64,000 bases of DNA from the NCBI GenBank assembly GCA_963751345.1, contig CAVVUS010000030.1:128001-192000 (forward strand), in the 5' to 3' direction. How positions within the stretch are numbered: the first letter of the stretch is position 1; each line of letters starts with the position of its first letter. This document shows positions 41,761-51,965 of this stretch, in pieces. The position numbers and the translations under genes were made by a program. The DNA is from an uncultured Chloroflexia bacterium. GTDB taxonomy: Bacteria; Chloroflexota; Anaerolineae; B4-G1; SLSP01. Under the pieces are notes generated by a model. It was given only the letters and a program-made list of their open reading frames with translations. It ran no database searches and was not told the DNA's origin.

Positions 41761-43396
41761 TCACGGAATGGCATCCGGCAGGCTGGGCGGTACGATACGC
41801 ACCTTCACCTCGGGCCTCGACGCATCCATCAGCCGGTCGTAGCCCAACAAAGGGACCAATACGCGGACGGTGCCTATCGTGGGCACCGTGAAAGAGAGCT
41901 GGCCCTGTTCGTCGGTGTAACCCTGCGCCAATTCAGCACTGCCGTCGGGAGAGAGCACCTGCACGAAGAAGCCGGCAATACCCTCGCCGGCGCCCATCTG
42001 ACCGTCGAGGTCGGCGTCGAAGTACACCAGCACCCGGAATGTGCGGAACCCATTTGGCTCGGGTGTCGCAGTTGGCGGTTCCGGTCGTGTGACCAAGCGG
42101 AAGTTCAGCTGAAGCTCCCCGCTCTCCGGCGTGGGCGTGGGCGTCGCTATCACCGATGTCTGCGGCGTCGGTGTGGGCGCAACTGTGGCCACAGGCGTGG
42201 TATTCAGGGGCTTTGCTCACCGGCGTCGGCTGCCCCGGCGCAGGCGTCGGCTGACCCGGAACTTCCAAATTGCATGAGATGGTATAGGAGCTGTTGACCG
42301 TGTCGCGCCTGGCCATCCGGGTTCCCTGTCCCACCAGAATGTAGACAAAGCCCTCGTAATTGGCGTAGTAGGAAAGACGGCTGTTGAAGTCGCCCAGCGC
42401 AATGTCGTCGTTCGCCATCACGAAGAACTGATCGCCGGGCCCATTGTAGAACACCATCCGGGGATCCACCGCCGGATCGAGGTCCGAGGTCTCACACGTG
42501 AGCTGCAGACCCGGCTTGACGCGGACCTTGAGATAGTCATTGTCAAAGTCTGCCCCGCCCCAGGGGATGAAGTTCATCTGATAGCTGAGTCCCGGGGCAA
42601 TCGTCGTGGCAAGGTCGAACTCGAAATTCGGCTCGTACTGGTCGAATCCCGTCATCCATGTGGGTCCGGGGGCCGGCGTCGATGTCGGCCCGGGTGCCCC
42701 GGTCGGGGTTGCCGTGGGCGTTGACGTGGGCGCCGTGTAGTTGTAGATCAATGAATAAGTGTAGCCCGAGCATTGTGCGCTGACCTGGTAGACCTCGATA
42801 TAGAAAGGCCCGGGATTATCGGGGATCAGCGAAATGCTCGCACTGTAGGAGGATGTGTCCTCATCGACGATGATCACGTCGTGGTTGGCATTGTAGACGC
42901 TTGATGCCCAGGTTGTAATTGACGGTTCGATCCGGTTTGGCCTGGATAGTATAGAGCGCGCCGACCGTGGCGTTGTCAAGTCGGAAGAAATCCGGTGTCG
43001 TAGGCACGGAAAGGCGCCGGGAACATCTGTCGCGGCCACAAGCGACAGACTCGTGTAGTTGGAGACCTGGATAGTGGTGTCGAAATCGTGGTTGTTCCAG
43101 TTGCTGTCCGCCGTCGTGGTCTGCGGTGGTCTCCAAAGTACAATTGATCACGTCTTGGGCCAGCCCAAGCTTCGGCAGCGCCCCGAGTGCGCCGCCCCAG
43201 TCATAACCGGAGGCCGTCATCCGGATGGCACCGCCGGCAGGTCTGCCGAAAACGGCCATGGCAGTCAGGCTCCCGGATGACCCCGAAGCCCGATGGCAGC
43301 CAACCACGCCAGACACAGCACAGCGAGGAAGCTCCCGATCAGCCCGATGCGGGCCCGGGGGCCCCTAACCCCGCCGAGGGATGTGATTCCTGCCAT
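41761..43396 (-). CDS. Secreted/surface protein with PPC-like repeats, PT-rich linkers and a C-terminal SdrD-B/Cna-like domain; several frameshifts
   Basis: N-terminal hydrophobic segment; DQYEPN, ANDD and PTPT linkers; [18 protein letters not shown]...TDEQG. Confidence 0.6.
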
Positions 43397-43432
43397 TTAG
43401 GTCCGCCTTCTTGTCCTGGAAGCGCCCAGGTC

Positions 43433-45619
43433 TCAATGCTCCGAGACGGGCTCCATCGGCGCCATGCTGCTCAGGAGCTTCTTTACGCCGATCCCATTAC
43501 CAAACAACACGGTGACCATCTCGTGACGACCCTCAAGTTCGCTCTCCAGCACCATCCCCTCACCATAGAAAGCGTGGGAGACCCGCTGCCCGGAGCGATA
43601 TTGCAGCTCGGGCCGGGACACCTCTACCTCCGGCGTCGATCGGACCCCCCAGGACTGGGCCCTCCAGCTCGGGCGCGATCCCCGTTGCTTGCGACCCTCA
43701 GCCTGTTTGAGCACCTCATCGGGCAGGTCATCGAGGAAGCGCGAGGGTGCAGAGGGTTCACTGTCGCGGTATCCCCGCCATCCGCGGCGAAAGGCATAGG
43801 TAAGGTACAGGCGCCGCTCGGCCCGCGTCATCCCAACGTAGAGCAGACGCCGCTCCTCAGCGACCTCGGATGGGGACTCCATCGATCGGCTGTGCGGCAG
43901 CAGTCCCTCCTCCAATCCTGTGAGGAACACGACCGGGTACTCCAACCCCTTTGCGCTATGCAAAGTCATCAACGTCACCGCATCGACCTCTTCGGAGAGT
44001 TCGTCGACGTCGGCCACCAATGCAACATCGGTCAGGAAATCGGTCAATGAAATGTTGAGGGACTCCGCCACGACGGCGCGCAGCGCCATCACGTTCTCCC
44101 ACCGGGATTCCCCCTGATCGCTGCCATCTCGCGTGTAGGATTCATAGTCGGTATCGCCAATTACACGATCGATGAGCAGTGCCACACTGAGCTCCTCGCG
44201 AAGCTCCGTCCATTGATGGACCATCGTCGCAAAGGCCATCAGCGCCCGCTCGGCCCGGCTGCGCAGATCCTCTGACTGGACCAGGGAAAGCATCCCTTGA
44301 TAGAGACTGCCGCCCATCCGCCGCGCTTCCGCCGCTATGCGGTCGATGGTGCGCGTGCCGATACCCCGGGGCGGGACGTTGACGACACGCATGAAGCTCA
44401 CGTCGTCGTCAGGATTTTGGGCCAGCCGGATGAAGCCCAGAACATCCTTGATCTCCTTCCGCGAGTAGAATCGCGTGGCCCCGATGAGCCGGTAGGGTAT
44501 GTTCTGACGAATGAGGCTCTCCTCCAGGGCCCGGGATTGCGCGTTGGTCCGGTACATTACGGCGATATCCCCGTGCGCGTAGCCCGTTCGGAGCAGTTGT
44601 GTGATCTCACGCGTAACGTAGTCCGCTTCCTCCTGCTCGTCATACGCCTCGTGCAGGACAATCGGCTGACCGCCCGCCTTGTCCGTGAACAAATGCTTTG
44701 GCGTGCGATCGACGTTGCGGGCGATAATCGCTTGGGCCCCGTCGAGGATAATCTGTGTCGACCGGTAGTTCTTCTCCAGCAGGAACTCCTGTAGCCCAGG
44801 GAAATCCTCGCGGAGCCGCAGGATATTCCGATAGTCGGCGCCTCGCCAGGAGTAAATCGATTGATCCTCATCCGCCACGACGTAGAGGCTCCGGTTTTCA
44901 GAGGCGAGCTGCTTCAGAATGACGTACTGGGCGATATTCGTGTCCTGGAACTCATCCACCAGGATGTGCCTAAAACGATCGCGGTAGCGCTCGCGAATTG
45001 CTGAATCCGTCTGCAACATCCGGGCGGTCTCCATCAGCAGATCGTCGAAGTCCAGGCCATCATTCTTGCGCAGAGCCTCTTGATAGCGGGCGTAGACACG
45101 CACGACGATCTCGTCATAATAGGTGTTGACCGGATAGTCGGTCGGCAGTAGGAGTTCGTTCTTTGCTGCGGAAATAGCGTTCAACAGCGAGCGAGGACGG
45201 TATCGTTTGTCATCTAGCCCGATGTCAGCAACGACCTGCTTCATCACCGTGAGTTGATCGTCGGTGTCAAAGATCTGGTAGTTCGGCGAGAGACCTAGGC
45301 TCTCGGCCTCACGCCGGAGAATCCGGGCACACGTCGCGTGAAAGGTGCCCAGGGTCATCGCCCGGGTGGATGCATCGCCGAGCATCGCGCCCAATCGGTG
45401 CAACATCTCACGGGCCGCCTTATTGGTAAACGTGACGGCGAGCACGTGCCACGGCGGGATATCCAGCTCGGACAGCATCCAGGCGATCCGGTGCGTCAAG
45501 ACACGCGTCTTGCCCGAACCTGGGCCCGCCAGCACCAACACAGGGCCGGTGGGAATAGTCACGGCGGCGCGCTGTTGGGCGTTGAGGATTTTCAGTAGGG
45601 GATGGTTGTCGTGTTCCAT
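43433..45619 (-). CDS. pcrA: UvrD/PcrA DNA helicase
   Basis: AGPGSGKT, TFTNKAA, VDEFQD, QSIYSWRGA, TLHSAKGLE, EERRLLYVGMTRA. Confidence 0.95.
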   Translation of the reverse strand: MEHDNHPLLKILNAQQRAAVTIPTGPVLVLAGPGSGKTRVLTHRIAWMLSELDIPPWHVLAVTFTNKAAREMLHRLGAMLGDASTRAMTLGTFHATCARILRREAESLGLSPNYQIFDTDDQLTVMKQVVADIGLDDKRYRPRSLLNAISAAKNELLLPTDYPVNTYYDEIVVRVYARYQEALRKNDGLDFDDLLMETARMLQTDSAIRERYRDRFRHILVDEFQDTNIAQYVILKQLASENRSLYVVADEDQSIYSWRGADYRNILRLREDFPGLQEFLLEKNYRSTQIILDGAQAIIARNVDRTPKHLFTDKAGGQPIVLHEAYDEQEEADYVTREITQLLRTGYAHGDIAVMYRTNAQSRALEESLIRQNIPYRLIGATRFYSRKEIKDVLGFIRLAQNPDDDVSFMRVVNVPPRGIGTRTIDRIAAEARRMGGSLYQGMLSLVQSEDLRSRAERALMAFATMVHQWTELREELSVALLIDRVIGDTDYESYTRDGSDQGESRWENVMALRAVVAESLNISLTDFLTDVALVADVDELSEEVDAVTLMTLHSAKGLEYPVVFLTGLEEGLLPHSRSMESPSEVAEERRLLYVGMTRAERRLYLTYAFRRGWRGYRDSEPSAPSRFLDDLPDEVLKQAEGRKQRGSRPSWRAQSWGVRSTPEVEVSRPELQYRSGQRVSHAFYGEGMVLESELEGRHEMVTVLFGNGIGVKKLLSSMAPMEPVSEH

Positions 45620-45759
45620 ACAGGTTATTGTAGCACGTGGACAGGTGTGAGCAACCTTGCGAAGGTCACGAACAGCCCATGCTGAAAGCGGCCTCTCGGT
45701 TTCCCGCACGCGATGATGCGCAGCATGCAGGCTAACCTTCCCAGAGCTGGCATTTGGCG

Positions 45760-47430
45760 CTACCGATGGCGGACAATGCCCCATAGAATCCGCACCCCCA
45801 TCAGGATTGCGATGATGAAGCTCATGATGACCGCAGCCTGTACCAGCCAGTTCGCACCGGTTACCGCAGGGATCAGCCATGCCAGCCCCACGATCATCCC
45901 TGCGATGATCAAGCTCAGCGACAGACGCGTGACCAGGCGGTCCAGGAAATCCAGGCTGTGGTCGTCCAATGCCAGCTTTACCGGCTCGTGCCTCGTCAGC
46001 CGATCGATGATCAGTTGTCCTGCGCGAGGCAGCTCGTCGATGAGATCCACCCAGGCCATACCCCGGCGGATGACGTCAGAAACCGTACGCTGATCGGGGA
46101 CGAGCGTCTGCAGGATGAGGTGCGTGACATAGGGTGCGGAGAAGGCGAAAATATCGAAGTCAGGCGCAAGACTGAGGGCGATGCCCTCCATCATTGCCAA
46201 CGTCTTGGCCAGCAACCAGTAGTTGGTCGGCATCCTCAGCCGGTGCTCGAAGACAACGGGCATCACATCTTCAAGAAGATCCGCAAACCGCATCTCCTTC
46301 AGGGCGCGACCGCCATAGTGCTGAAGAAGCCGGTCAATGTCGCGGGTCAGGGATTGACGATCGACGTCCGGCGGAGCTGCATGGATATGGATGAGTTCCT
46401 CGGTGGCCCCCTTGGCATTCCTCTGCACCGCCACATTGTAGAGGCGGATGAGATTCACCCGGTCGCTGCGGCTCAAATACCCCACCATACCGAAATCCAT
46501 TGCGCCGATGACGTTGTCCTCCATCACAGCGAAATTGCCGGGGTGGGGGTCAGCGTGGAAGAATCCGTCCTCAAGGACCTCTTGGATGACCATCCGGGCG
46601 GCGTTGGTGGTGACCTCATAGCGATCGTACCCCGCAGCATCTATCGCCTCGATTTGGTCGATCTTGATCCCCTCGATGTATTCCAGGACAAGTAAGCGCT
46701 TTGTCGTAAACTCCCAATAGACGGAGGGAATATAGATCCCCGGCTCGTCCTGGAAGTTCCGGCGGAAACGATCGGCGTTTCGTCCTTCGGCGACATAGTC
46801 GAGCTCGTGGGTGAGTGTATCGGCGAAATCCTCTGCGATCTCCACCAGGTCGTAGACCTGTCCCAAAGGCGTATGGTGCTCGGCGTAGTGTGCGAGATCG
46901 TGGATAATCTCCAGATCGGTGTGGATGGTCCGCAGAATGTTGGGGCGTTGTACCTTCAACGCGACGCGTTGATGGGTCGTAAGCCTCGCAATATGAACCT
47001 GTGCCAGCGAAGCCGAGGCAACCGGCACGGTGTGAATCTCATCGAAGACATCCTCGAGAGGTCGATCGAGTTCGGTCTTGAGAACCTTCTCGATCTCAGG
47101 CCAATCAACGGGCTTGACCTTGTCCTGGAGCTTGATTAGTTCGGTAATGTAATCGGGGGGAAGTACGTCGGGGCGGGTACTCAGAACCTGGCCTAGTTTG
47201 ACAAAGGTGGGGCCGAGTTCCTCCAGCGCTTGGCGGAAGTGGAAGGGAAGCGAAGCTCGTTCTTCTTTCGGATAGGGATAGAGATCCCGCAACCATAGGG
47301 GCTCGGCGGGCAGGTGGGACAGCATGAAGCCGAATCCGTGACGCGTGAACACGACCAGGATCTGCCGGTACCGTTGCAGATGCCGGATGGGACGCGAAAT
47401 CGTCGGAAACCTGAACCCCGCCGTTCCCAC
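45760..47430 (-). CDS. ABC1/UbiB/AarF-family kinase-like protein
   Basis: LGPTFVKLGQ, ASASLAQVH, KVQRP, FHADPHPGN, DFGMVG; two C-terminal TM helices. Confidence 0.92.
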   Translation of the reverse strand: MGTAGFRFPTISRPIRHLQRYRQILVVFTRHGFGFMLSHLPAEPLWLRDLYPYPKEERASLPFHFRQALEELGPTFVKLGQVLSTRPDVLPPDYITELIKLQDKVKPVDWPEIEKVLKTELDRPLEDVFDEIHTVPVASASLAQVHIARLTTHQRVALKVQRPNILRTIHTDLEIIHDLAHYAEHHTPLGQVYDLVEIAEDFADTLTHELDYVAEGRNADRFRRNFQDEPGIYIPSVYWEFTTKRLLVLEYIEGIKIDQIEAIDAAGYDRYEVTTNAARMVIQEVLEDGFFHADPHPGNFAVMEDNVIGAMDFGMVGYLSRSDRVNLIRLYNVAVQRNAKGATEELIHIHAAPPDVDRQSLTRDIDRLLQHYGGRALKEMRFADLLEDVMPVVFEHRLRMPTNYWLLAKTLAMMEGIALSLAPDFDIFAFSAPYVTHLILQTLVPDQRTVSDVIRRGMAWVDLIDELPRAGQLIIDRLTRHEPVKLALDDHSLDFLDRLVTRLSLSLIIAGMIVGLAWLIPAVTGANWLVQAAVIMSFIIAILMGVRILWGIVRHR

Positions 47431-47534
47431 TCTATGTTCACCTCGGATGAACCTCGCGTACGCCTTTCAATGATTGTGGCATCTTCCTCCCTCCCGTCAA
47501 GTACGGCTTTCCCAGGTACCGTGCACCAGCCGGA

Positions 47535-48272
47535 TTATCCGAACCCCAGCAGTCTGTATCGCAGCAGTGTCCAGAGCACGGTAAAGCCGTCGCGCCAGGA
47601 GATCTTCTTGCCTTCGGTGAACTCCCGACCGCTGTAGGAGATGGGCACCTCGTAAATACGATAGCTGCTCAGTAGGATCTGGGCCGTGATCTCGGGATCG
47701 AAGCCCCATCCCCGTGCTTGAAGCTTCAGCTTATCGGCCACCTCGCGGGTGAAAACCTTGTAACAGGTCTCCATGTCGCTCAGAATCGTGTTATAGAGGA
47801 TGTTGGTCACCAAAGTCAGGAACCGGTTGCCGAGCATATGCCAGAAGAACATCGCCTTGGTCGGCCCGCCTCTGAAGCGTGAGCCGTAGACCACGTGTGT
47901 GCGGTGTTCCAGTATCGGCTGCAGCAGGTTGACATACTCACGGGGATCGTACTCGAGATCGGCATCCTGGATCAAACAAATGTCTCCGGTGATCGCCTGC
48001 AGGCCGGTCCATACAGCGCCGCCCTTACCCTGATTCTTCTCGTGGAAGATAACCACGACGTCGGGTAGGTCGCGCAGGGTATCCAGATATTCCCGCGTTC
48101 CATCGGTAGAGCCATCATCGACGATGACGACCTCCCGGTCCACGTGTAACACGCTCTCGTTCGCGTGGTTTGCCCAAACGTGCACATCGAGATGGACCGC
48201 GCGAACGCGAGCAATGATCTCATCAATGGTCTCGATTTCATTGTACGCGGGAATGACGACAGAAAGCTTCAC
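47535..48272 (-). CDS. GT2 glycosyltransferase (polyprenol-phosphate mannose synthase-like)
   Basis: VIPAYNE, VDDGSTDGT, NQGKGGA, QDADLEY, GSRF. Confidence 0.9.
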   Translation of the reverse strand: MKLSVVIPAYNEIETIDEIIARVRAVHLDVHVWANHANESVLHVDREVVIVDDGSTDGTREYLDTLRDLPDVVVIFHEKNQGKGGAVWTGLQAITGDICLIQDADLEYDPREYVNLLQPILEHRTHVVYGSRFRGGPTKAMFFWHMLGNRFLTLVTNILYNTILSDMETCYKVFTREVADKLKLQARGWGFDPEITAQILLSSYRIYEVPISYSGREFTEGKKISWRDGFTVLWTLLRYRLLGFG

Positions 48273-48285
48273 GTGCACCTCCGAA

Positions 48286-48910
48286 TCATACGTGGTGGCG
48301 CGGGCGGGAGTCCGACGGCATACCGTGCGGCCAGACGTCGGCAAGCAGGACCTTGCGCTCAACGGCGTTCATCTCTCGCCATTGTCCGGGGTCCAGATCC
48401 GCTGGCAACGTCACACCGCCAATGGCCACGCGGACCAATCGCACCGTCGGATGTCCAACCGCCGCGGTCATACGCTTGATCTGACGGTTCATGCCCTCGT
48501 GGAGTACCATCCGCAGCCAACTTGTCTTGTCCGGCGGTGGCATAGGGTTCGGCGCAGGGGGCAATGGCGGGAGACCCGGCAAGAATCTCGATGTTGGCAG
48601 GCCGGGTCCTCCCCAACTTGATCTCCACACCCTCCCGAAGCTGCCGGAGTGCCTCAACGTCAGGCCGCCCCAGGACGAGAGCGAAGTAGGTCTTGGCGTG
48701 GCTGAAGTGTGGGTGCGTCAGCCGGTGAAGGGTCTGGCCATCATCCATGAGGACCAGCAAGCCCTCGCTGTCGAGGTCCAGGCGGCCGGCCGGTTGAAGG
48801 TAGGTCGGAATCCCCATTGAGGAAAGCGTTTCACGCCCCAGGCGATCACTGTAGTGCTTGCATAGGACGCCATAGGGCTTGTAGGCCACCCCATAATGGT
48901 ATAGCGACAT
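48286..48910 (-). CDS. RsuA/RluE-family pseudouridine synthase; frameshift near 48590
   Basis: [11 protein letters not shown] in one frame and [22 protein letters not shown] in the next. Confidence 0.88.
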
Positions 48911-49048
48911 GGTCACGATTATAACACAAGTGCGCGGTCGACAAGCTGCGTGGATCACATGAATAACTCAATACAGAGAAATTACAGAATTTTTACCAGC
49001 ACACAGGTATACTAAAGTGGCGGGACACGCGCCCTCAAACATGTTTAC

Positions 49049-49077
49049 TTGCCTATGGATTGGAATATATGTATAAT
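49049..49077 (+). promoter_or_regulatory. Sigma70-type promoter for spoVS
   Basis: TTGCCT-N17-TATAAT; AAGGAGG RBS downstream. Confidence 0.6.
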
Positions 49078-49118
49078 GAAATAACAGCATGCTCTAAACT
49101 GCTTACAAGGAGGCTCGC

Positions 49119-49427
49119 ATGGATCTGGTCAAAGTTGCGGCGAGTTCGCGTTCCACATCTGTGGCGGGCGCCATCGCCGGCATCATCAGGGAAAAGGGAC
49201 GTGTCGACGTCCAGGCCATCGGCGCTGGTGCAGTCAATCAGGCAATCAAAGCCATCGCGATTGCACGCGGGTACCTGGCGATGGACGATATCGACATCGC
49301 GTGTATTCCCCAATTCTCCGAAGTCGACATCGACGGCAAAGAACGCACCGCAATCAAGCTCACCGTAGAATCCCAGCTCGTCTTGCTGCCCCAAGAGGAG
49401 AGCATAGCCTTGGAGGAAAGTAAGTAG
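49119..49427 (+). CDS. spoVS: SpoVS-family protein
   Basis: SVAGAIAG..QAIGAGAVNQAIKAIAIARGYL..ERTAIKL. Confidence 0.93.
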   Translation: MDLVKVAASSRSTSVAGAIAGIIREKGRVDVQAIGAGAVNQAIKAIAIARGYLAMDDIDIACIPQFSEVDIDGKERTAIKLTVESQLVLLPQEESIALEESK

Positions 49428-49434
49428 CGCGGCC

Positions 49435-50451
49435 CTAGCCGCGGGGGGGCAAGTCCGGTAGTGAGAGCAGCAAGTTCTCGACCATCAACTGAGTGTTCGC
49501 GTTAGCCAGAAGTGCCTCTTGCGATTGCTCGAGCGCAGCCAGGATATCAACTGTCTGCGCCACACTCATCCTTCCGGCTATCGACACCATAAACTCGCGC
49601 TGCTCCACATGCACAAGTGCCGCATCGTTGTTCGTCTGAACAAGCAAAACATCACGCCAAAACGTCAGCCAGGTCTCCAGAGTCTCCGCCAGCACCCCAT
49701 CATCCTGGGCCAAGGTATGGGCGGTCATGAAACGTGCCGGGAGTTCTTGCTGCAGGACTGAAACGAGCGTATCGACCGCGGCTCGCATACGATCGAGTGT
49801 TTCCGGCTCTGTGATCGCCCGCACTGCCCATCCGACCCGTCCCCCGGAGACACGCGCCAAACGTCCGGCAGTCTCGGCGTCTACATCCCACTTCGCGGTC
49901 AAGGCGTCCGCGATATCCTGGCTTGAAAGAGGTCTGAGCGCTATCTGCTGCGTCCGCGAGACGATGGTTGGCAGCAGCAGGTCGGCGTCCGTCGCCACAA
50001 GGATGAGATGCGCGTAACTCGGGGGCTCCTCCAGCGTCTTGAGCAGGGCATTGGCCGCCCCGATCGTCGCACGCTCAAAATCGGCGATCAACGCAATCTT
50101 GCGGGCACTTTCATTCGGCGTCAACGCCAGGAAACGCTCAATCTCGCGGATTTGGTCGATCTTCAGGTGCGACGTTCGGTCTCCGGCATCCACCCCCATG
50201 AAATCCGGATGGTTTCCCGACGCCAGTTTGCGGCAAGACAGGCAGTGACCGCATGGCCGGTCGCCATCGGAACGGCAGAGGATCGCCGCAATGAACTGCC
50301 GTGCCAGAGTGTATTTGCCGACACTTTCCGGACCGGTGATCAACAATGCGTGCGGGATCTCGTCCGTCGCAATCGCGTGACGAAGCTGTTGTACAGCCCA
50401 CCGGTGCCCGACGATGGGCCACGGTGCAGCCCCAATCCCCTCGTCTGTCAC
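49435..50451 (-). CDS. holB: DNA polymerase III delta-prime subunit
   Basis: HALLITGPESVGK, Cys zinc module, NHPD, ANALLKTLEEP, LLPTIVSR. Confidence 0.9.
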   Translation of the reverse strand: MTDEGIGAAPWPIVGHRWAVQQLRHAIATDEIPHALLITGPESVGKYTLARQFIAAILCRSDGDRPCGHCLSCRKLASGNHPDFMGVDAGDRTSHLKIDQIREIERFLALTPNESARKIALIADFERATIGAANALLKTLEEPPSYAHLILVATDADLLLPTIVSRTQQIALRPLSSQDIADALTAKWDVDAETAGRLARVSGGRVGWAVRAITEPETLDRMRAAVDTLVSVLQQELPARFMTAHTLAQDDGVLAETLETWLTFWRDVLLVQTNNDAALVHVEQREFMVSIAGRMSVAQTVDILAALEQSQEALLANANTQLMVENLLLSLPDLPPRG

Positions 50452-50991
50452 ACTGCCACCTCGTTCAACGTTGCTATGACTTCCTCGGCGAGAAGAGCAG
50501 GTAGCTCTCCACGATTGTCCGGCGTCACACGGACGATGAAGGCAACAGCCGGCATTCAATTGGGCAAGCGCCTCGCCCAGTAGCTCGGGACGCACAACGA
50601 GGATAGCGTAGGCGTAGACGCTACCTGCAAGCAATCCGAACACGTTGGCCCATCCCTGGCCATATCTCAATTCCAGTGGGCCAATCTCATCAAGAACGAA
50701 GACCTGGGTGGGGAAAGCCTCTTCCAAAGCACGACGGCTGCGATCCAATGCCCCAACGTTCATCGTGAAATGGCGCGTCGGTGAACCCGGCAGATCCACG
50801 AAGGGATCCGTAAGCGGATACCGTGCACCGGTGCGCAGCTCGGTGACGGCAAGGTCGTGGACAGCGGTGCGCTCGGTCAGAAGACCCGAAACCTCGATGC
50901 CCGCGTCCTGCAGCATCGTCACGGCACCCCGGAGGGCTGTGCTCTTTCCGACCTGCCGCGTCCCTGTGACCAGCAATATCTTTACATCCAT
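50448..50991 (-). CDS. THEP1/NTPase_1-family nucleoside triphosphatase; frameshift near 50550
   Basis: TGTRQVGKST, VLDEIGPLEL. The shifted frame ends at a TGA overlapping the holB GTG. Confidence 0.75.
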
Positions 50992-51011
50992 AGCCGCATC
51001 CATTGTGATAC

Positions 51012-51044
51012 AAAAGAGGGCCGGTGGCAAGCCATCGGCCCTCT
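51012..51044 (-). terminator. Terminator of tmRNA
   Basis: AGAGGGCCGATGG...CCACCGGCCCTCT stem followed by a T-tract on the - strand. Confidence 0.8.
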
Positions 51045-51053
51045 CTCTCATCA

Positions 51054-51450
51054 GGTGGAGATGGCGGGAATCGAACCCGCGTCCGAAGAATTCGACAATG
51101 AATCTCTACGAGCGTAGCCGGCGATTTCATTTCACACGGGGGGTCGTTGTCGGCCACGCCACACCCGTGCAAGCCGAAAAGTCTTGGGCTAGTGTATCGG
51201 CGTCAACCAGCTAGCGCGCACACTTTATGTCACCTGACTCTAGCACGCATGCGAGACGCTAGAGAGGCGTGACCGGATACCCGGTCAGGTTTTGGGTTTA
51301 GTCGCCTACTGCTTACGCAGCGACGGCGACGGGCGCCCAGTTGTTTGCCATAGTGTTGGCATTTGTTGGTTTGCTTCTGGGTTTACGGAGACGAAGCCTC
51401 CCCGGCCCGCAACGCACTGCCAGCCTCCCCCGTCGAAACCTATCATCCCC
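51054..51450 (-). ncRNA. ssrA: tmRNA; tag peptide (A)ANTMANNWAPVAVAA
   Basis: 5' GGGGATG pairs with 3' CATCTCC (G3:U wobble); T-arm GCGGGTTCGATTCCCGC; tag reading frame 51360..51313. Confidence 0.95.
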
Positions 51451-51456
51451 AAGCAA

Positions 51457-51484
51457 AGTATAGCAGATTCGAGGTGAATATCAA
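51457..51484 (-). promoter_or_regulatory. tmRNA promoter
   Basis: TTGATA-N16-TATACT with a TG extension, 6 nt before the mature 5' end. Confidence 0.7.
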
Positions 51485-51519
51485 GGTTCGGTGACAGCTT
51501 CCGGGGTATAATCAGAGCC

Positions 51520-51888
51520 GTGGACCGGCAAACGTTTGAAACCTTAGTAGCACAGGCCGCCGACGCGCTGCCGCCGGACTTTATGGCCGCCCTCGATAAC
51601 GTCGAGATCGTCGTCGAGGAATGGCCGGATCAAGTGACCATGCGGCAGGCCGGCATCCGCAGCCCGGCTGCACTGCTGGGCTTCTACCATGGGATCCCAA
51701 AGACACGGCGTACGCGCAGCTACACCTTAGTCTTGCCTGACAAGATCAGCATCTATCGCGGGCCCATCTTAATGCGATGCCGAAGTGACGAAGAAGCCAA
51801 GGCGCTCATCGAGCACGTCTTGCACCACGAGATCGCCCATTATTTCGGAATTGACGACGACCGCCTTAGGAAGCTCGGGGTCTATTAG
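51520..51888 (+). CDS. Zincin-like minimal metallopeptidase (DUF1025-like)
   Basis: LLGFYHG, PDKISIYR, HEIAHYFG. Confidence 0.85.
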   Translation: MDRQTFETLVAQAADALPPDFMAALDNVEIVVEEWPDQVTMRQAGIRSPAALLGFYHGIPKTRRTRSYTLVLPDKISIYRGPILMRCRSDEEAKALIEHVLHHEIAHYFGIDDDRLRKLGVY

Positions 51889-51907
51889 GCCGCGCGATAC
51901 GCAGCCC

Positions 51908-51949
51908 CTTGCGGAGATGGCCGCACCGCATCCGGGCCATCTCCGCAAG
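51908..51949. terminator. Hairpin between the convergent zincin and glgP genes
   Basis: cttgcggagatggcc / ggccatctccgcaag 15-bp stem. Confidence 0.7.
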
Positions 51950-51965
51950 CATGGATGATCCGGCG

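Noticed and set aside
38338-49427. Sporulation locus suggested by the YtfJ/GerW-like genes and spoVS (plus FtsK/SpoIIIE upstream)
   Set aside because: These families are widespread in non-sporulating bacteria, and no core sporulation regulators are present in the window.
49435-51051. Apparent 538-aa NTPase-HolB fusion
   Set aside because: A frameshift near 50550 creates it. The shifted frame gives a sensible NTPase C-terminus ending at a TGA that overlaps the holB GTG start.
51054-51085. Stand-alone tRNA
   Set aside because: The T-arm and acceptor stem belong to the tmRNA, whose 5' end is at 51450.
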